Below, in pieces: positions 13,511 through 27,756 of a stretch of DNA of 64,000 bases. The DNA is taken from positions 29,765,182 through 29,829,181 of the forward strand of contig CM119264.1 in NCBI GenBank assembly GCA_051294375.1, read 5' to 3'. How positions within the stretch are numbered: position 1 is the stretch's first letter; every line of letters starts with the position of its first letter. A program made the translations under genes and the position numbers. The notes below the pieces were generated by a model. That model was not told where the DNA came from. It made no database searches and worked only from the letters and a program-made list of their open reading frames with translations. The stretch comes from Paraspadella gotoi (Eukaryota > Animalia > Chaetognatha).

Positions 13511-14254
13511 GAGAAGAAATGAGATCGGATAAGACAATCCCCAAAAGAAGGAAGAGAAAAAAAGTCGGGAGAAAGAAAAGCTTCTTATTCTGCATCCTTG
13601 AAAATCGGGGAGGAAGAGGAGGAGGAGGAGGAAGAGGAGGAGGAAGAGGAAGAGGAGGAGGAAAAGGAGGAGGAGGGAAATTCTGATTCCCGAATCGGAA
13701 ATTTTCGAAAGGCGCAGGTTTGACTCATCCCGAATGCAACATTCGTTTTGTTCAGAACTAAATTCGTTTGTTTGTTAAACAAGGGGCCACGGAATATGTG
13801 TACATCTATTGTTCAGGTGTAAACTAAAAAAAAAAACAGAGACTTTCTAATCACGAGATCTTTTACATTTTTTGTTCAAGTTCGACATTTTTTAAGAAAA
13901 AAAAACCACAAAAAAAACAAGGAATGTTCATTTGTTCATTTGTTCATAGAATCTAAGATTGATTCCACATCAAGAACCAAATCTTTAAATCCGGTTTCCG
14001 TCAACTTCATCAAAATCACCCCTTAGCATTCCACACCCCAATCCCGACCGCTACTGCCCCTCAACACCCCATCAAACCTCAACAGTCAACACCCGACGTA
14101 CCCCTCAAGACCCCATGTCCCCCTCTACACCCCGGTGCCACCCCTCTACACCCCAATTTCTCCTCCCTTGTTTTTTCGTCGCCTCTAATTCCGATGCTCG
14201 AGATTCCGCATAAATTTCTCATGGATTTGGAAGAAGCGATTTCGAGATTGCGCA

Positions 14255-14465
14255 TCTTTCCGCTCCTATTTGTACGCTTCTTTTTCTGCGCTCCTGTTTG
14301 TCCGCTTCTTTTTCTCCATTCCTAATTGTCCGCTCCTGTTTGTACGCTTCTTTTTCTCCGCTCCTGTTTTTCCACTTATTTTTCTCCATTCCTAATTGTC
14401 CGCTCCTGTTTGTACGCTTCTTTTTCTCCGCTCTCATTTGTCCGCTTCTTTTTCTCCGCTTTTTC
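14255..14465. repeat. Minisatellite, ~28-bp core CGCTCCTGTTTGTACGCTTCTTTTTCTC
   Basis: The core recurs about 6 times, interspersed with CATTCCTAATTGTC. Confidence 0.85.
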
Positions 14466-15454
14466 CATTTTTATTGTTAATGCCTCCTTTTTTCTTATCT
14501 TCTTTTTTTCTTTTTAAATTTTGTTATATTTTCTGCTGGATTTATGGCTTTGATAAATTAATACTTGTCTCTTTGTTTTAAAAATTATAACTCTTTCTTG
14601 TAATTCTTTATTTCTTTCTTTCTTTCTTTCTTTCTTTCTTTCNNNNNNNNNNNNNNNNNNNNNNNNNNNNNNNNNNNNNNNNNNNNNNNNNNNNNNNNNN
14701 NNNNNNNNNNNNNNNNNNNNNNNNNNNNNNNNNNNNNNNNNNNNNNNNNNNNNNNNNNNNNNNNNNNNNNNNNNNNNNNNNNNNNNNNNNNNNNNNNNNN
14801 NNNNNNNNNNNNNNNNNNNNNNNNNNNNNNNNNNNNNNNNNNNNNNNNNNNNNNNNNNNNNNNNNNNNNNNNNNNNNNNNNNNNNNNNNNNNNNNNNNNN
14901 NNNNNNNNNNNNNNNNNNNNNNNNNNNNNNNNNNNNNNNNNNNNNNNNNNNNNNNNNNNNNNNNNNNNNNNNNNNNNNNNNNNNNNNNNNNNNNNNNNNN
15001 NNNNNNNNNNNNNNNNNNNNNNNNNNNNNNNNNNNNNNNNNNNNNNNNNNNNNNNNNNNNNNNNNNNNNNNNNNNNNNNNNNNNNNNNNNNNNNNNNNNN
15101 NNNNNNNNNNNNNNNNNNNNNNNNNNNNNNNNNNNNNNNNNNNNNNNNNNNNNNNNNNNNNNNNNNNNNNNNNNNNNNNNNNNNNNNNNNNNNNNNNNNN
15201 NNNNNNNNNNNNNNNNNNNNNTAAGCTAAAAATTAAAAAGGACAATAACAACCAATATAAAATGTACTCATTCCTCCTAAAATTAAGCTTTCTTGCTTGC
15301 TTTATACTATATAAAAACTTAGCATAACCAAGCACGCTTTCAATCACGGCTTTCACAGTCCCAAGAATGTCTAGTGTAAGTTGTAATTGTTGTTACTTAA
15401 ATAAAATATTCCCAATTTTATCTTTTAAACAAGATCGATAGGTCAAACGTGATA

Positions 15455-15690
15455 CCGTGACTTCAGTTCGATATGCATTGCATTGAAATCCTTTGAATCC
15501 ATTGAAATAAAAGGAGGCGCTAGTAGTCTCTTAGATTGGAGATTCTCTCCGTGTTAGCGAAAATAACAGAAGAGCAATTAAGATAAAGTTTATGAGGATT
15601 GGAAACGTAAGTGAGAATACCGACATACCGACCGACAGACCGACCACCCAAAAATAACTAGTTGCTTGAGGTTCGGCAAATCGAGATCGT
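15455..15690 (-). mobile_element. Repeat family B (DINE-1/HINE-like), diverged copy
   Basis: Colinear with the reverse complement of 28485-28780: GCATTGCAT, GGCGCTAGTAGTCTCTTAGATT, AGAGCAA, (CCGA)n, AGTTGCTT. Confidence 0.6.
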
Positions 15691-16204
15691 GATGAAAGTA
15701 CGAGGCAATCAACGCAGGATTCGCAGCCGCCGTCGCTTCGAAGCAGCCGCCTCGCCGCTGCCTCCGCCGCAAATCACATCAGGTTGACTAAAGTGTATTG
15801 ACCATAAAGATCATTATTATCATTATTTCTCATAGTATTCTTCGTCTTCATCGTCGTCTTCATCTTCGTCTTCATCGTCGTCTTCATCGTCGTCGTCGTT
15901 CGTCGTAGTCATTGTTGTGATTTTATCGCCGTCTTATCTTTAATTTTCAATTGTTCTTAAATCATTTAAAAACCACTAAAGCGCCCAGTTAATATTATCG
16001 TAACAGGATTATTTTTCTAAACGAGTTTTTTATTTTTAGGCTCTAAATATTTACGTTTGTCCCCTAAATATAACATATGTTTAATTAAAAAATATATTTT
16101 GTAAAAATTTGTTTCTCGAATACTATAATTTTTTAACGATTCATTTGACTTTTATTTTTTTCGGGAGGCGGCGAGGGGGGCAGTGGCGGCGGCGGCGGTG
16201 GCGG

Positions 16205-16235
<31 letters not shown>

Positions 16236-16809
16236 GGCGGCATCGGCGGCGTCGGCGGCGTCGGCGGCAGCGGCGAATCTGAATCGCTTACGACTTCCGC
16301 CGCCTTCGTCAGCGAATAGCAGCTGCGACGAAAACACGAAAATATTTTTTTATTTCCTTTTTTCTTTGGTTGTTTTTTTATTATCAACATTTTTATATAC
16401 GTATATATATGTATAAAAAGGTACGAATATTTGTAAAAAAAAGGCTAAACTTTAGAAATAAATTTGAAAATCATCAAATACTAAACAATGTATATACTAA
16501 TATCATATGATCAATTTTTAAGTCCTGGTTCATGCATAAAAATTAAAACAAGAGGGATTTCGCTTCCATCCTTTCTGGTAATCAATACATTTCTACTCAT
16601 TCTAATCATTTATTGAAAAATTCAACGAACTGTATTCATTTTTCATTTGTAACTCGGTTTTCGAATTCAACAATAACATTTACCTATTTTTTTATTTCTT
16701 TTACTAAAAAATGATTCATTAAGTCCGTTACCCGATTTAAATCATTTCTGCCCCCTTGGGTGTTCGTGAATGAACAGAAGCATTCCATGTTTCGCTATCA
16801 TTTCCCAAA

Positions 16810-18440
16810 ATCCACCCTTTCCCACTTCCCACTCCCCTTTCCACTCTTCTACATTCCCCCCTTCCCACTTATCCCTTTCCACTCTTTCTACCATTTCCCC
16901 TTCCCACTTCCCCTTTCCACTCTTTTACCCTTTCCCACTTCCACTTCCACTTCCCCTTCCACTCTTCTACCATTTCCCCCTTCCACTTCCCTTTCCACTC
17001 TTCTACCCTTTCCACTTCCCACTTCCCCTTTCCACTCTTCTACCATTTCCCCTTCCCACTTCCCCTTTCCACTCTTCTACGCCTTCACTTCCCACTTCCC
17101 ACTTCCCTTTCCACTCTATCACCCTTTCCCACTTCCCACTTCCCCTTTCCACTCTTCTACCATTTTCCCATTCCGCCTTCCCCTTTCCACTCTTCTACCA
17201 TTTCCCCTTCTCCACTTCCCCTTCCACTCTCACCCTTTCCCACTTCCCACTTCCCACTTCCCTTTCCACTCTTCTACATTTCCCTTCCACTCCCCTTCCA
17301 CCTTTCCTACCTTTTTCCCACTTCCCCACCTCCCTTTCCACTCTTCTACCATTTCCCCGCTTCCCACTTCCCGCTTTCCACTCTTCTACCTTTCACTTCC
17401 CACTTCCCACTTCCCTCCACTTCTTCTACCATTTCCCCTTCCCATCCCCTTTCCACTCTTCTTCTACCTTCCCAACTTCCACTTCCCACTTTCCCCTTTC
17501 CACTCTTCTACCATTTCCCCTTCCCACTTTCCCCTTTCCACTATCTCCCTCACCCCTTTCCCCACTTCACCACCTTCCACTTCCCCTTTCCACTCTTCAC
17601 CATCCTTCCCCTTTCCACTTTCCCCTTTTCCACTCTTCTACCCTTTCCCCACTTCCCACTTCTTCCCTTTCCATCTTCTACCATTTCCCCCCCTTCCCAC
17701 TCTTCTAGTTTCCCTTTTCCACTCTTCTACCCTTTCCCACTTTCCCACTTCCCACTTCCCACTTCCTTTCCACTCTTCTACCATTCCCCTTCCCACTTCC
17801 CCTTTCCCACTCTTCTACCTCCCTTACTCCACTTCCCACTTCCCCTTCCACTCTATTCTACCATTTATCCCCTTTCCCACTTCCCTTTCCACTCTTCTAC
17901 CCTTTCCCACTTCCCACTTCCCACTTCCCACTTCCCTCTTCTACCATTTCCCCCTTCCCCACTTCCCCTTTCCACTTCTACCTTTCCTCCACTTCCCACT
18001 TCCCCTTTCCACTCTTCTACCATTTCCCCCTTCCCACTTCCCCTTTCCACTCTTCTACCTTTCCCACTTCCCACTTTCCCACTTCCCCTTTCACTCTTCT
18101 ACCATTCCCCCTCCCACTTCCCCTTTCCACTCTTAACCCTTCCCACTCCCATTCCCACTTCCCTTTCCACTCTTTTACCATTTCCCCCTTCCCTCCTTTC
18201 CACCTCTCTACTTTCCCACTTCCCACCTTCACTTCCACTTCCCTTTCCACTCTTCACCATTCCCCTTCCACTCCCCCTTTCCACTTCTCACCCTTTCCAC
18301 TTCCCACTTCCCACTTCCCCTTCCACTCTTCTACCATTTCCCCTTCCACTTCCCCTTTCCACTTCTTCTACCCTTTCCCACTCCCTTTCCACTCTTCTAC
18401 CCTTCCCACCTCCACTTCCACTCCATTTCCATCCACTTAA
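16810..18440. repeat. 1.6-kb pyrimidine-rich satellite (TTCCCACTTCCCCTTTCCACTCTTCTACC-like units)
   Basis: Degenerate ~30-35-bp tandem units with almost no G on the plus strand. These produce the spurious 458-aa and 312-aa ORFs. Confidence 0.95.
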
Positions 18441-20601
18441 TTCTCCACCTCCCATCTCCCTCTCTTTATGCTTCTGAATGATTTGTGTTCCATCTCTTCC
18501 ATCTTCGTTGCTTCCGCAGTTGCAATTTAAATATTCACCGAGAATCTAAAGATGGAGCTCTAAAAAAAGGAAGGGGGCGGTGAGGAGTCGAGGTGAAATA
18601 TTGGGGTGAATCGATTGGGTGAGGTTGAGTTTGGGATGTGAGATTATACGAGAACGACGACGACCGACGACAACAACAATAACAATAACAACAACAACAA
18701 ACAAAACACCCGTCTCACATATAAGCACAAACAAAACGATTCTCGAACCCAAACAAAAAGTTCTGCTCCCACATTCATTCACGGAAATGACGAAAGGAAA
18801 GACCCGGATCTCATCTGACCCTTTTTCTCCATTGCCATGACCTCCACAACACCCCCCAATGGCTTCTACCCTCGCCACCACCCAACTACGTCGCCGCGGC
18901 AGCGCCGCATTGTTCGACGAAAGGTAACAGCGGGCGGCAGCGGCTGGCAGCGGCGCGGCAGGGGGCGGCGCAGCGGCGGCTGCGGCGGCGCGGCGGCAGC
19001 GGCGGCGCGGCAGCGGCGGCTGCGGCGGCAGCGGCGGGACTCCCCCTCACAATTAAACGCCGCCTTCGCGGATCAAAACGCGACTCTAATCGAGCAACCC
19101 GACCCGGATGCGAAGATCCGGTTCGGAGACCCGGATTTGGAGTCCTTATTCACTGCCTCATTTGGTTGACATTAACTGCGTCGGTTAACCCTTAGTGGGG
19201 GGCGGGGGAGATAGTAAGGGTAAGAAGGGTGGTGGGAGAGCGGGGAGAGACAGAAAGAATAGAGAAGAAGAGAGAGAGAGAGAGAGAGAGACGAGAGAGA
19301 AGAGAGAGAGGGAGAGAGAAGAGAGAAGAGAGAGAAAGAGAGAGGGAAGAGTTGGGAGAAAAAAGTTTAATGTACTACATACAATATTCTTTAAAGGTTA
19401 TCGTCAAAATAATTTTTGTCCTTTCGTGTCGTCGCTTCTCAGCGTTTTCCCTTTTCCATTTCCCCCTATTTTCCACCTTTTCTCTCCCCCTCCATTCCAC
19501 TTCCACTTTTCTTTTCTCCGTCTCCCTTTTCCACTTTCTTTCTCCCTCCCCCTCTCTCTCCTCTCCCTCTCTCTCCCTCTCCCTCTTTCCATCTCCCCCT
19601 CTCTCTCCCTCCCTCTTCCCTTTATCCTCTCCCCTCTCTCCCCTCTTCCCTCTTCTCCCTCTCTCTCCTCCACTGCTACCTCTCTCCCTCCCCCTCACCC
19701 TCTCTTTCCCTCTCACTATCCCCCCTCTTCCTCTCTTCTCCCTCCCCTCTCCCCTCTCATGCTATCTCCTCTCCCTCTCTCCCTCTCCCCTCTCTCTCCT
19801 CACCCCCTCTTTTGTCTCTCCCCTCCTCTCCCCCCTCTCTCTCTCTCTCTCCCTCCCCCTCCTCTTCTCTCTAATGAATCTTTTTTTTCTCCGTCGTCGA
19901 AATTTATGGCTTCGACTTTTTTCCTCTTCTTTTGTTTTACGTCCAACGAGGAAGATTCGCCGGTAGAGGCGCTGATCAATCGCCGCTTCCGTCGCCGGCG
20001 ATGTCGTCGTCGTCGTCGTCGTCGCTATCGTCGTCGTCGTCCCTATTTTGGTGGCCGTTATAGCGATGCTGCTCTTGTCATACCGTCATACGAAAGAGAT
20101 TTACGCGAAATTATATCCTTAAAATCGTTGTGGTCGTGGTCGTCGTCGTCGTCGTCGTCGTTGTCGTCGTCAACGTCATTGTTGTCATTATCGTCGTCGT
20201 CTTCGTCGTCGTCGTCATTGTCGTCGTCGTATTCGTCATTGTTGTCATTGTCGTACTCCACTTTTCGTTCCATACTAACGTCGATCATGTTGTTCAAATC
20301 ATTATTATGTTTATAAACAAATATTAAACAGAAATTGAAACGATTTTGTGATTGGATTTTCTTTTCTTTACCTCTCTTCTTCTTTCTTTTCTTTTTTTTT
20401 CCTTTTCTTTTCTTTTCTTTTCTTTTCTTTTCTTTTCTTTTCTTTTCTTTTCTTTTCTTTTCTTTTCTTTTCTTTTCTTTTCTTTTTTTCCTTCAGATTT
20501 TCATCTTAAGTTTTCCTTCTCTTTTTTCTTCGCACCTGAACTAAAGTCCGTGATTTACGTCTGTGAAGAAATGGCCATTCTTAATTCCAGGATAATCTTT
20601 T

Positions 20602-20666
<65 letters not shown>

Positions 20667-21032
20667 CCGATCCCAAAGAAACAATTCTTGATGGGTTGAG
20701 CTAATTTGTTCTTGTCTAAAATTCTTGGTCGCCTAACGGTTTTTTAATAATGCGTCAAATATACGTATTACATAAATTCTCCACCTCAAACAGAGATTCG
20801 TTAAACGACGAACAAAAATCCTTTTTCTCCCAAATCAATGTCCTAATTAGTCCAACGAACAAAAGAACAAAAAAAGAACAAAAATAAAAAAAGGGAAACA
20901 GAGAATTTTTTCTTTGTTGAAAAATAGAGAAAAGTTTAAGTAAAGAAGAAAAATCGTGAGTCTTAATTTCTTTCTAATTACCTTCCGAATGTGGATGGAG
21001 ACAGCGATAAAATTGGGGCGAAGAAGAAAGAA

Positions 21033-21114
<82 letters not shown>

Positions 21115-21593
21115 AATGAAAGAAAGAAACAATGAAAGAAAGAAAGAAAGACAGAACCTAAGCAAGCATCCGAACATGCAAGCCAACAAGCAAGCAACCA
21201 AGACTCCCAACCAACAATTCTTCTGGCATCTGAGTGGAAAATCGATTCACTCAGATTTTTGATCAAATTAGGAAAGAGAAGATTTTTAGCTTTTCGCGAT
21301 ATCGCGATGTGTCTTCTTAAAACCAAATCCCTTATGGCGTAAGTATTTCGTTGTCGTCGTCGTCGTCGTCATCGTCGTCGTGTGTGGCTCTATGATCTTC
21401 GTCGTCGTCGTCGTCGTCGTTTTCCTTTTCCGAACAGAGAAATTTCCTTGGCTTCGTGTTAGCGAGTTACTTAATTGGATTTTATTAGAAATTCGATGAT
21501 TCTGGTTCGCGATTCCAGATGGCGCCCGGCGCCTCGTTTCGGTTTTTACGAAACCGACGACAAAATTGAATATTTATGAGTCGAGAGCTACAC

Positions 21594-21628
<35 letters not shown>

Positions 21629-22030
21629 CCCTTTCCCGCTAAATTTTATGGGAGTCGCTCTGAAGTAAAAGTTTGATTGCTTAAATTTGTACAAGGAGAA
21701 ACTTATGTGTGTAATGTTAGCCGACATTGTCGTTAAAACCGCTTTTCGTCCAAGTTTGTAAAAGAATTCCATATATCAATGTAAATTTTTTTTGAAAAAA
21801 TGATAGAAATTCAGGGTTTTAATTTCTAAAACTGTGGCCGTATTACTTACTGTTTAAATCAAGTTGATTGCACAGTAGCCCGTTTATGAAAAAAGGCATG
21901 CAATTTTTTTTAATTTTTAGCAATACTACTAGCCAACAGCAAAAGATCACAAATCGATCCTTACGTCACATATGGACAAAGTCAACAACCTTTTCAACCA
22001 CAACAACGACAAAAAACAATAAAAACAACA

Positions 22031-22065
<35 letters not shown>

Positions 22066-22186
22066 AGCAATAATTCTCCCCAAAAGACAACGAGAGCGAA
22101 AACGAGCGTCGAAACAACGACAACAACGACAACAACGACGCAATTACATGAATAAATTAGGAAGGAGGGAAGTCGCGCCCCGGCTT

Positions 22187-22223
<37 letters not shown>

Positions 22224-22320
22224 CAACCCGAGTTTTAACATTGTAATTACAAGGCAATGAGGAAAGGCACGAACTTTGGTTCTGCGGGATTAAGAGACGA
22301 AGGAGGGAGAAGAGGGAGAA

Positions 22321-22386
<66 letters not shown>

Positions 22387-22487
22387 TGGGCGCAGTCAGA
22401 ATTAGTGAAGGAGGAAAAGGAAGGATCAGGAAGTGAAAAAAAGAAAAAAAAGAAAATAAAGAAACAAGAAGGGTAAGGGAGTTTCGC

Positions 22488-22660
22488 CGCAGTGACTTTA
22501 TAATCATGTGTATTTCCCTGACATGACATGACATGATTAAAAAACTTATTTTATTTATTATAACATGCACTGCATCAAAATTTCGTCTTTTATTCTATTT
22601 TAGTTTTTACTATTATCCTTAAGGCGGCGCTAGCAGTCCCTTAGATTTGAGGGTTTTTTC
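22488..22660 (-). mobile_element. Repeat family B, partial copy
   Basis: CGCAGTGAC...TGACATGACAT...TGCATCAAAAT...AAGGCGGCGCTAGCAGTCCCTTAGATTT is the reverse complement of ~28605-28780. Confidence 0.7.
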
Positions 22661-25053
22661 CTAGGAATAACTATCCATAAATCTTTTACACAGCTTATTA
22701 AAATCGGAGTTAAAGTATAACAGTTTTTTGCCATTAAAAATTTAAAATGAAGGTATATGAATTATTTTGGGTTTTTTTTTTCGTAAATTTGAAAAAAGGG
22801 AATGACTAAATTACATTTTGATTACCATTAAATTTTCTCTACGCCATAAATTTGTTGTATTTTCAGTTGAAGTAAAAAAAAGCAAAAATTTTAAAATATG
22901 AAAAAATAATAAATACAAAAATATTTCAGCTTGCATATTAAACAGTCTGAATGTCTACCTTCTTGTCTGCTAAAAAATCGTCATTTATTCATTTATCTTC
23001 AATTTGCAAACAAAAAGCTTGACACACTGCTTGTTTAATGTTTATCATAATAAAATGTAAAAAAATTACATAAGCTGGCGGGACATATTTGGTCAAAGCA
23101 AGCATCATTCGTGTTAAATTGTTATTGATAATTTCTTTTAAATTATAATAACCTTTTATACAAAGAATTTAACATCCATTTTTAAAAAAAAAATTCGCCC
23201 ATTGGAAAGTTCATTGACTGACTTAATTCAAATTTCTTAACCACTCTTACTGATTAGGTCTCCCCGTAATTAACACCTGCTCAAACCGAAAATTTAGACA
23301 TTTTTTAAAAAAATTGAATAGACAAAAAAATTGAATATTATCCATACTTCCATTATATGAATTTTTTAAATTTAGTTTTATAAGTAGGAAAGGCTAAAAA
23401 TTTTTTAGGATTTTTTTTATTTTTTAAGATAAGGATTCAGTTAGCTTGAAAAAAGTGTCTACACAAAGTATTAATTTTTCTTTCTTCGATATTTTGAAAA
23501 ATATGGAAAACTTATATTATAATTCATCGATCATCATCATCATCATCTTTCGATAATTTTATTACTTTTTCTTTAATTTTGACAAGAAACCATTAAACAT
23601 TTTTGAAAGTGTAGTTATATTTTTTTATTTAATTTTTTATCCTCTATCATGAATCCACCAAAAAAAGTTAAGATTGATTTTAAAAAAATTTAATTTTTTT
23701 TTTTCATTTATTTTTAATTAGGATATTGTTATTTTGATTAATTAAAATCCAAACCTTCTTAAAAAATTCTTTTTTTACCTGAAAGTAGACTTCAAAAACT
23801 AAAGTTTTGAACTTTCTAACTTTAATGATCGAATTTTTAGGTTTCTTTACTGCCCCATTTCACAGACATGATTTATCATGTCACAATGTGCAACCTGCAT
23901 TCCAAATTTTTCTCTTTTTTTCCCTTTCAAATTGTATTAAATAAAAAAAATTATGTGAGGAGAACGATCGGCGTGGAGGATGCCATTGGTAAACCTTTAG
24001 TTCCACACTTCTCCGATCGAATTTTTAAACGAGGTTTTTGGTCTTGATCTGCTTATCAGCAGATCCCGACTCTATTAATTCACTTTGTCAGTCCGTCGGC
24101 CGCCCTTCAAATCTTGTCCGGGCATTCACTTATATCATGTCAGAACATCGAATTATTGATAAATTAAGAAAAAAAACCGGATGTCCATCTATCTGTCTGT
24201 CCGTCTGTCCGTCCATCCATCCGTCCCACGACCTTAGCAAAAAACACCAATTACTCGTTGATTGGATTAGACGGAGGAAATGAAATTTTGTGTGTGGGTT
24301 AGGGAAGTGTGTGATGAGCTGGTATGGAAGTTTCTGATGGAATGTCCCGAGTGGAAATGAGTTTTTAAATGGAAAAAAAACAAAAAAATATTTCACTATT
24401 TGAACACCAATTACTCCTGAATGGATGGGCGATTGGACTTTAAAAATTTTGTATTTGGGTAGAAAATGTTTGTGATTAAAACTGGGAAATCAAGTTTTTC
24501 GATGGAATCATTTGAGTGGAAATGAGTTTAAATAGAAAAAACAAGAACCTGTTCACTAATGATTATGCTTCTTTTTTTCTTTTTATTTTAAATGCAAGAT
24601 GTATTAATTAATCAAATAATTATTAGTTAATCAATTAGTCAATTAATTGATAAATAATTTAATCAGTTAATTAATCAATCAAAACAAACATTTTAGATCA
24701 AATTAATTGCATTTAATTGCCATAATTAATTAAATAAATTAAACTTGAATAAATTAATTATTAATTAATTAATAATTTAATTATTTATTAATTAATTAAT
24801 AATACGATAATATCGTGGGCAGAATCGACATTGTTAGCTCCAATTTGTTTTTCAATCTATTCGAGAACATAACACTAAACTATTGTCTTTTAATTTTTTA
24901 TTTCTTTCATAAAATTTTGCGTAATCAGAGAAACGTTTAGGCCGCATCGTGTCAAAAAATTATGGAAAAAAAGAGAAAAACGTTCTGACAAATTTTAAAA
25001 AATTTATAGAGCAATCTAAGTAAAAAAATGTTTTGGCATTTTCATTTTTTTAG

Positions 25054-25784
25054 GCTCTGGAAATTATTTCGCGGTTCCGGAACCCAAAATGATTACGAGG
25101 AACACTCTCCACCTACTCCCAGTAACTCGCAAGGGATATTGGCAGTCAAGATGACGCGATGAAAGTGGCAGGTGCTACTTTTTGTTCTTAAGGGGATGTC
25201 AGGCGATCGCTTGATACCGGACCTCATTATTGCTGGGCCCCGTTCGCGAAGTTACCAACTTGCAGGAAAAAAATCGGAGCCAACTCCATTAGCCAGGGTA
25301 AGTAATCTTCTTAGGTTTTGCTAATTTAAGGAGTCTTACCGAACTATTAAATTAAGGGCGAGTACGTCGTGACTGCATATCTCCCCTTCAATTGCCCAAA
25401 CATCGATATCGTCATCAAGTGAAAAGCCCTTTGTTCTTACGCCAAAGGGAATATATTTTGCGTGTCTCACATTGGTTTTTTTTGTTATTTATTATTTTAT
25501 CGGTTTTTATGTTGTTAGATTTCCAATCAGCTTAAAAATTTTTTTAGTCTGGCCAAAACTATTTGCCTTTCCGGATTATGGGAATTGACATCCCTCCTCC
25601 ACGCGGGGCCTCTTTGGATTCTTGGTTTGTATAAGTTGTTAATTTATTTTAAAAAAAAGGCTATTGCGTCTGTAACGTTTTCTCGGTCTTTTTAGGCGAT
25701 GTATTCAATTGGGACCTTGATTTATACGAATTCGATTTGCGGAAAACAATTCGTATTGGCTTGCCAAGACCAGGAACAAAGTGA
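25054..25784 (+). pseudogene. Cathepsin D-like A1 aspartic protease, C-terminal half only, many frameshifts (pseudogene or uncorrected long-read sequence)
   Basis: Piecing frames together gives PVTRKGYWQ..K.D..KVAGATFC..GCQAIA-DTG-TS...GP...V..LQ.KIGATPL (25054-25297), GEYVV.C...LPNIDIVI..KPFVLTPK.YIL (25356-~25461), TICLSG.MGIDIPPPRGPLWILG (~25548-25624) and DVF.G..Y.EFD...RIG (25696-25784). These are hallmark pepsin/cathepsin D motifs separated by short GT-AG introns. Confidence 0.85.
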
Positions 25785-26208
25785 ACACTCGCAACAGCAC
25801 ACCCCTCACCTCTGGAGAATTCTTGACTTGCGTTTTTTTTTTGTTTGATGTGAAGTTTGATCTGGTGATTAGTTTATATTTAACGACAAAAACATACCTA
25901 TCTGACAAGAAGTCATCATATTTTTTTGTTCTCTAGAGTAGGCGTGGCTGAACTTTTCAGATCTTTTTTTTTTCCTTGTTCACTGCAATTTATTTGACTC
26001 AAAAGCGAGCGCTTACTTTATTTTAAGCTTTGTCTGCTTTTGTCTGGCCCCTAAACTAAATTTTTCAACTCACCTAATTTTTTCCCGATAAACGAAAGTT
26101 TAAAACGTCACTAATTTATTTACTTTTATCAAATATTTCCTTCTTTCTTTTTTGAGTTTACAAACTATACTGTTCGGTCTTCACTATTTTCAGATTTAAA
26201 ACTTTAAC

Positions 26209-26886
26209 ATGTCCGCTTGTGTTCATCCAGGAGGGGAAACTCCTCCTTTGAGGAATTGGGACTCCTCCGTATTCTCTGCTCTAGAGTCTCTTTGCAAAAG
26301 AAAACTCACATTGTTCCTCAGCGTCTTAACCAATTTCTTTCCCTGCAAATCTGGAATACTTCTCACCGCCAGTCACTTCTCGAAGATCCTTGTCGAACTA
26401 TTCATCGATCCTTGATTGCGGACCGACGACATCGCCTTTTCCTTATTCTCCTCTCCTCTTTAGATCGTTTCTTTCGCGCCACGAGCGCTCCGGCAACGAA
26501 GACCCCGCCTTCAATGACCGTTTGGCGTATTCACTGAGTCGCGCCTGTACCGCCGACCCGACGTTGACGGAAGTGGCTCGGAGAATTCTTCAAACAATCA
26601 TAGATTCGACCTTTCACGCTCTCCCACGACGGAAACGCCCGAATAAAAACCTGTTTTGCCAAAAGGCCCAAAGCGGGCGTTCCTTGTCGGCGGACCTTGA
26701 GACGCTTAAGGCTGCCCTTACGATTCCTGCTCACGACTTTGATTTTTATAGCAACTTTGGGCATTGTTCTCCCGTCAGATTTCTCAAGCATTGTTGAACT
26801 CGGTAAGATGGCGGCCATCGACATTTCTGGACGTATCTTTACCAGTTCTCGGCCCGATGCACGGGAAACCCTACGTCGACCGTCAT
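26209..26886 (+). other. Coding-like, frameshifted segment of an unidentified gene
   Basis: Non-repetitive, higher-GC block after a TTTTCAG acceptor (26192) with ATG at 26209, covered by consecutive overlapping plus-strand ORFs and ending at a GTGAGT donor (26887). No family recognised. Confidence 0.4.
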
Positions 26887-26904
26887 GTGAGTAAGACTGA
26901 AGCT

Positions 26905-27224
26905 GCTGAGTTCAAGATGGAGGGATGCGATTAGTCGGGGACAAATTTCCAAGAATCTGAAAACGCTGTTGTTGACCCTAGGACCGACCGACCGACCGAC
27001 CGACCGACCGACCGACCGACCGAACCGAGGCCGACCGACCGACCGACCGACCGACCGACCGACGAACGACCGATCGACGACCGACCGACCGACGACCGAC
27101 CACCGACCGAGACCGACGATCGAACCGACCCGAACGACGAGCNNNNNNNNNNNNNNNNNNNNNNNNNCGACCAAAAAGTGACTTGTAGAGTTGCTCCGCG
27201 AGTACTCTTGGCGCAACTAAAAAA
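26905..27224 (-). mobile_element. DINE-1/HINE-like (Helentron-associated) non-autonomous element
   Basis: The minus strand begins TTTTTAGTTGCGCC...GCAACT (subterminal hairpin after a T-run), followed by a long (GGTC)n microsatellite. The same head occurs at 28485. Confidence 0.6.
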
Positions 27225-27756
27225 GAAAAGGGATGAGAGAAAAAAAGTCAAAACAAAAGTACAGATTGAAAAAGAGAAAAAAAATAAAGAGAAAAAAATT
27301 TGTTTAATTAATTTGAGCCGGAAGCAAAAAAAATAACAGCTTCGTAATTATAGAGAAGCAAAAAGAGAAAATAAGATAGCAAAATAAATAGCAATTAAAA
27401 AAAAGAAAATTATTTAAAGAAAAGCGGAGATGAAAATAAAAAGTTTTAACTGTAAACCGATCTTGAGACCGGACGATGTGAATCAATGTTTTTGTCATCT
27501 AATCTTTTCACACTTAATTAAGATATCGAATTCGTTTGAATGCAGATATCGAATTCCTTCTCTCGTTCGAATCTGAAGATTTTTTTAATCTCTGATTAAA
27601 AACCGAAAAAAAAGTCGGAGAACCAGTACGAAGCCTCAAGTGTTTGAAGTAGCAAGTGGCTAACGAGAGTGAAGTTCACTTATCACTTATCATATTCACT
27701 GATTTAGTCTGTGATTCTGTGAGTATCGATTTTCTTTCACCGAAAACTCAATCGCG

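Noticed and set aside
16760-18136. 458-aa and 312-aa ORFs
   Set aside because: They are translations of a pyrimidine-rich satellite that lacks stops by composition, with no domain signal.
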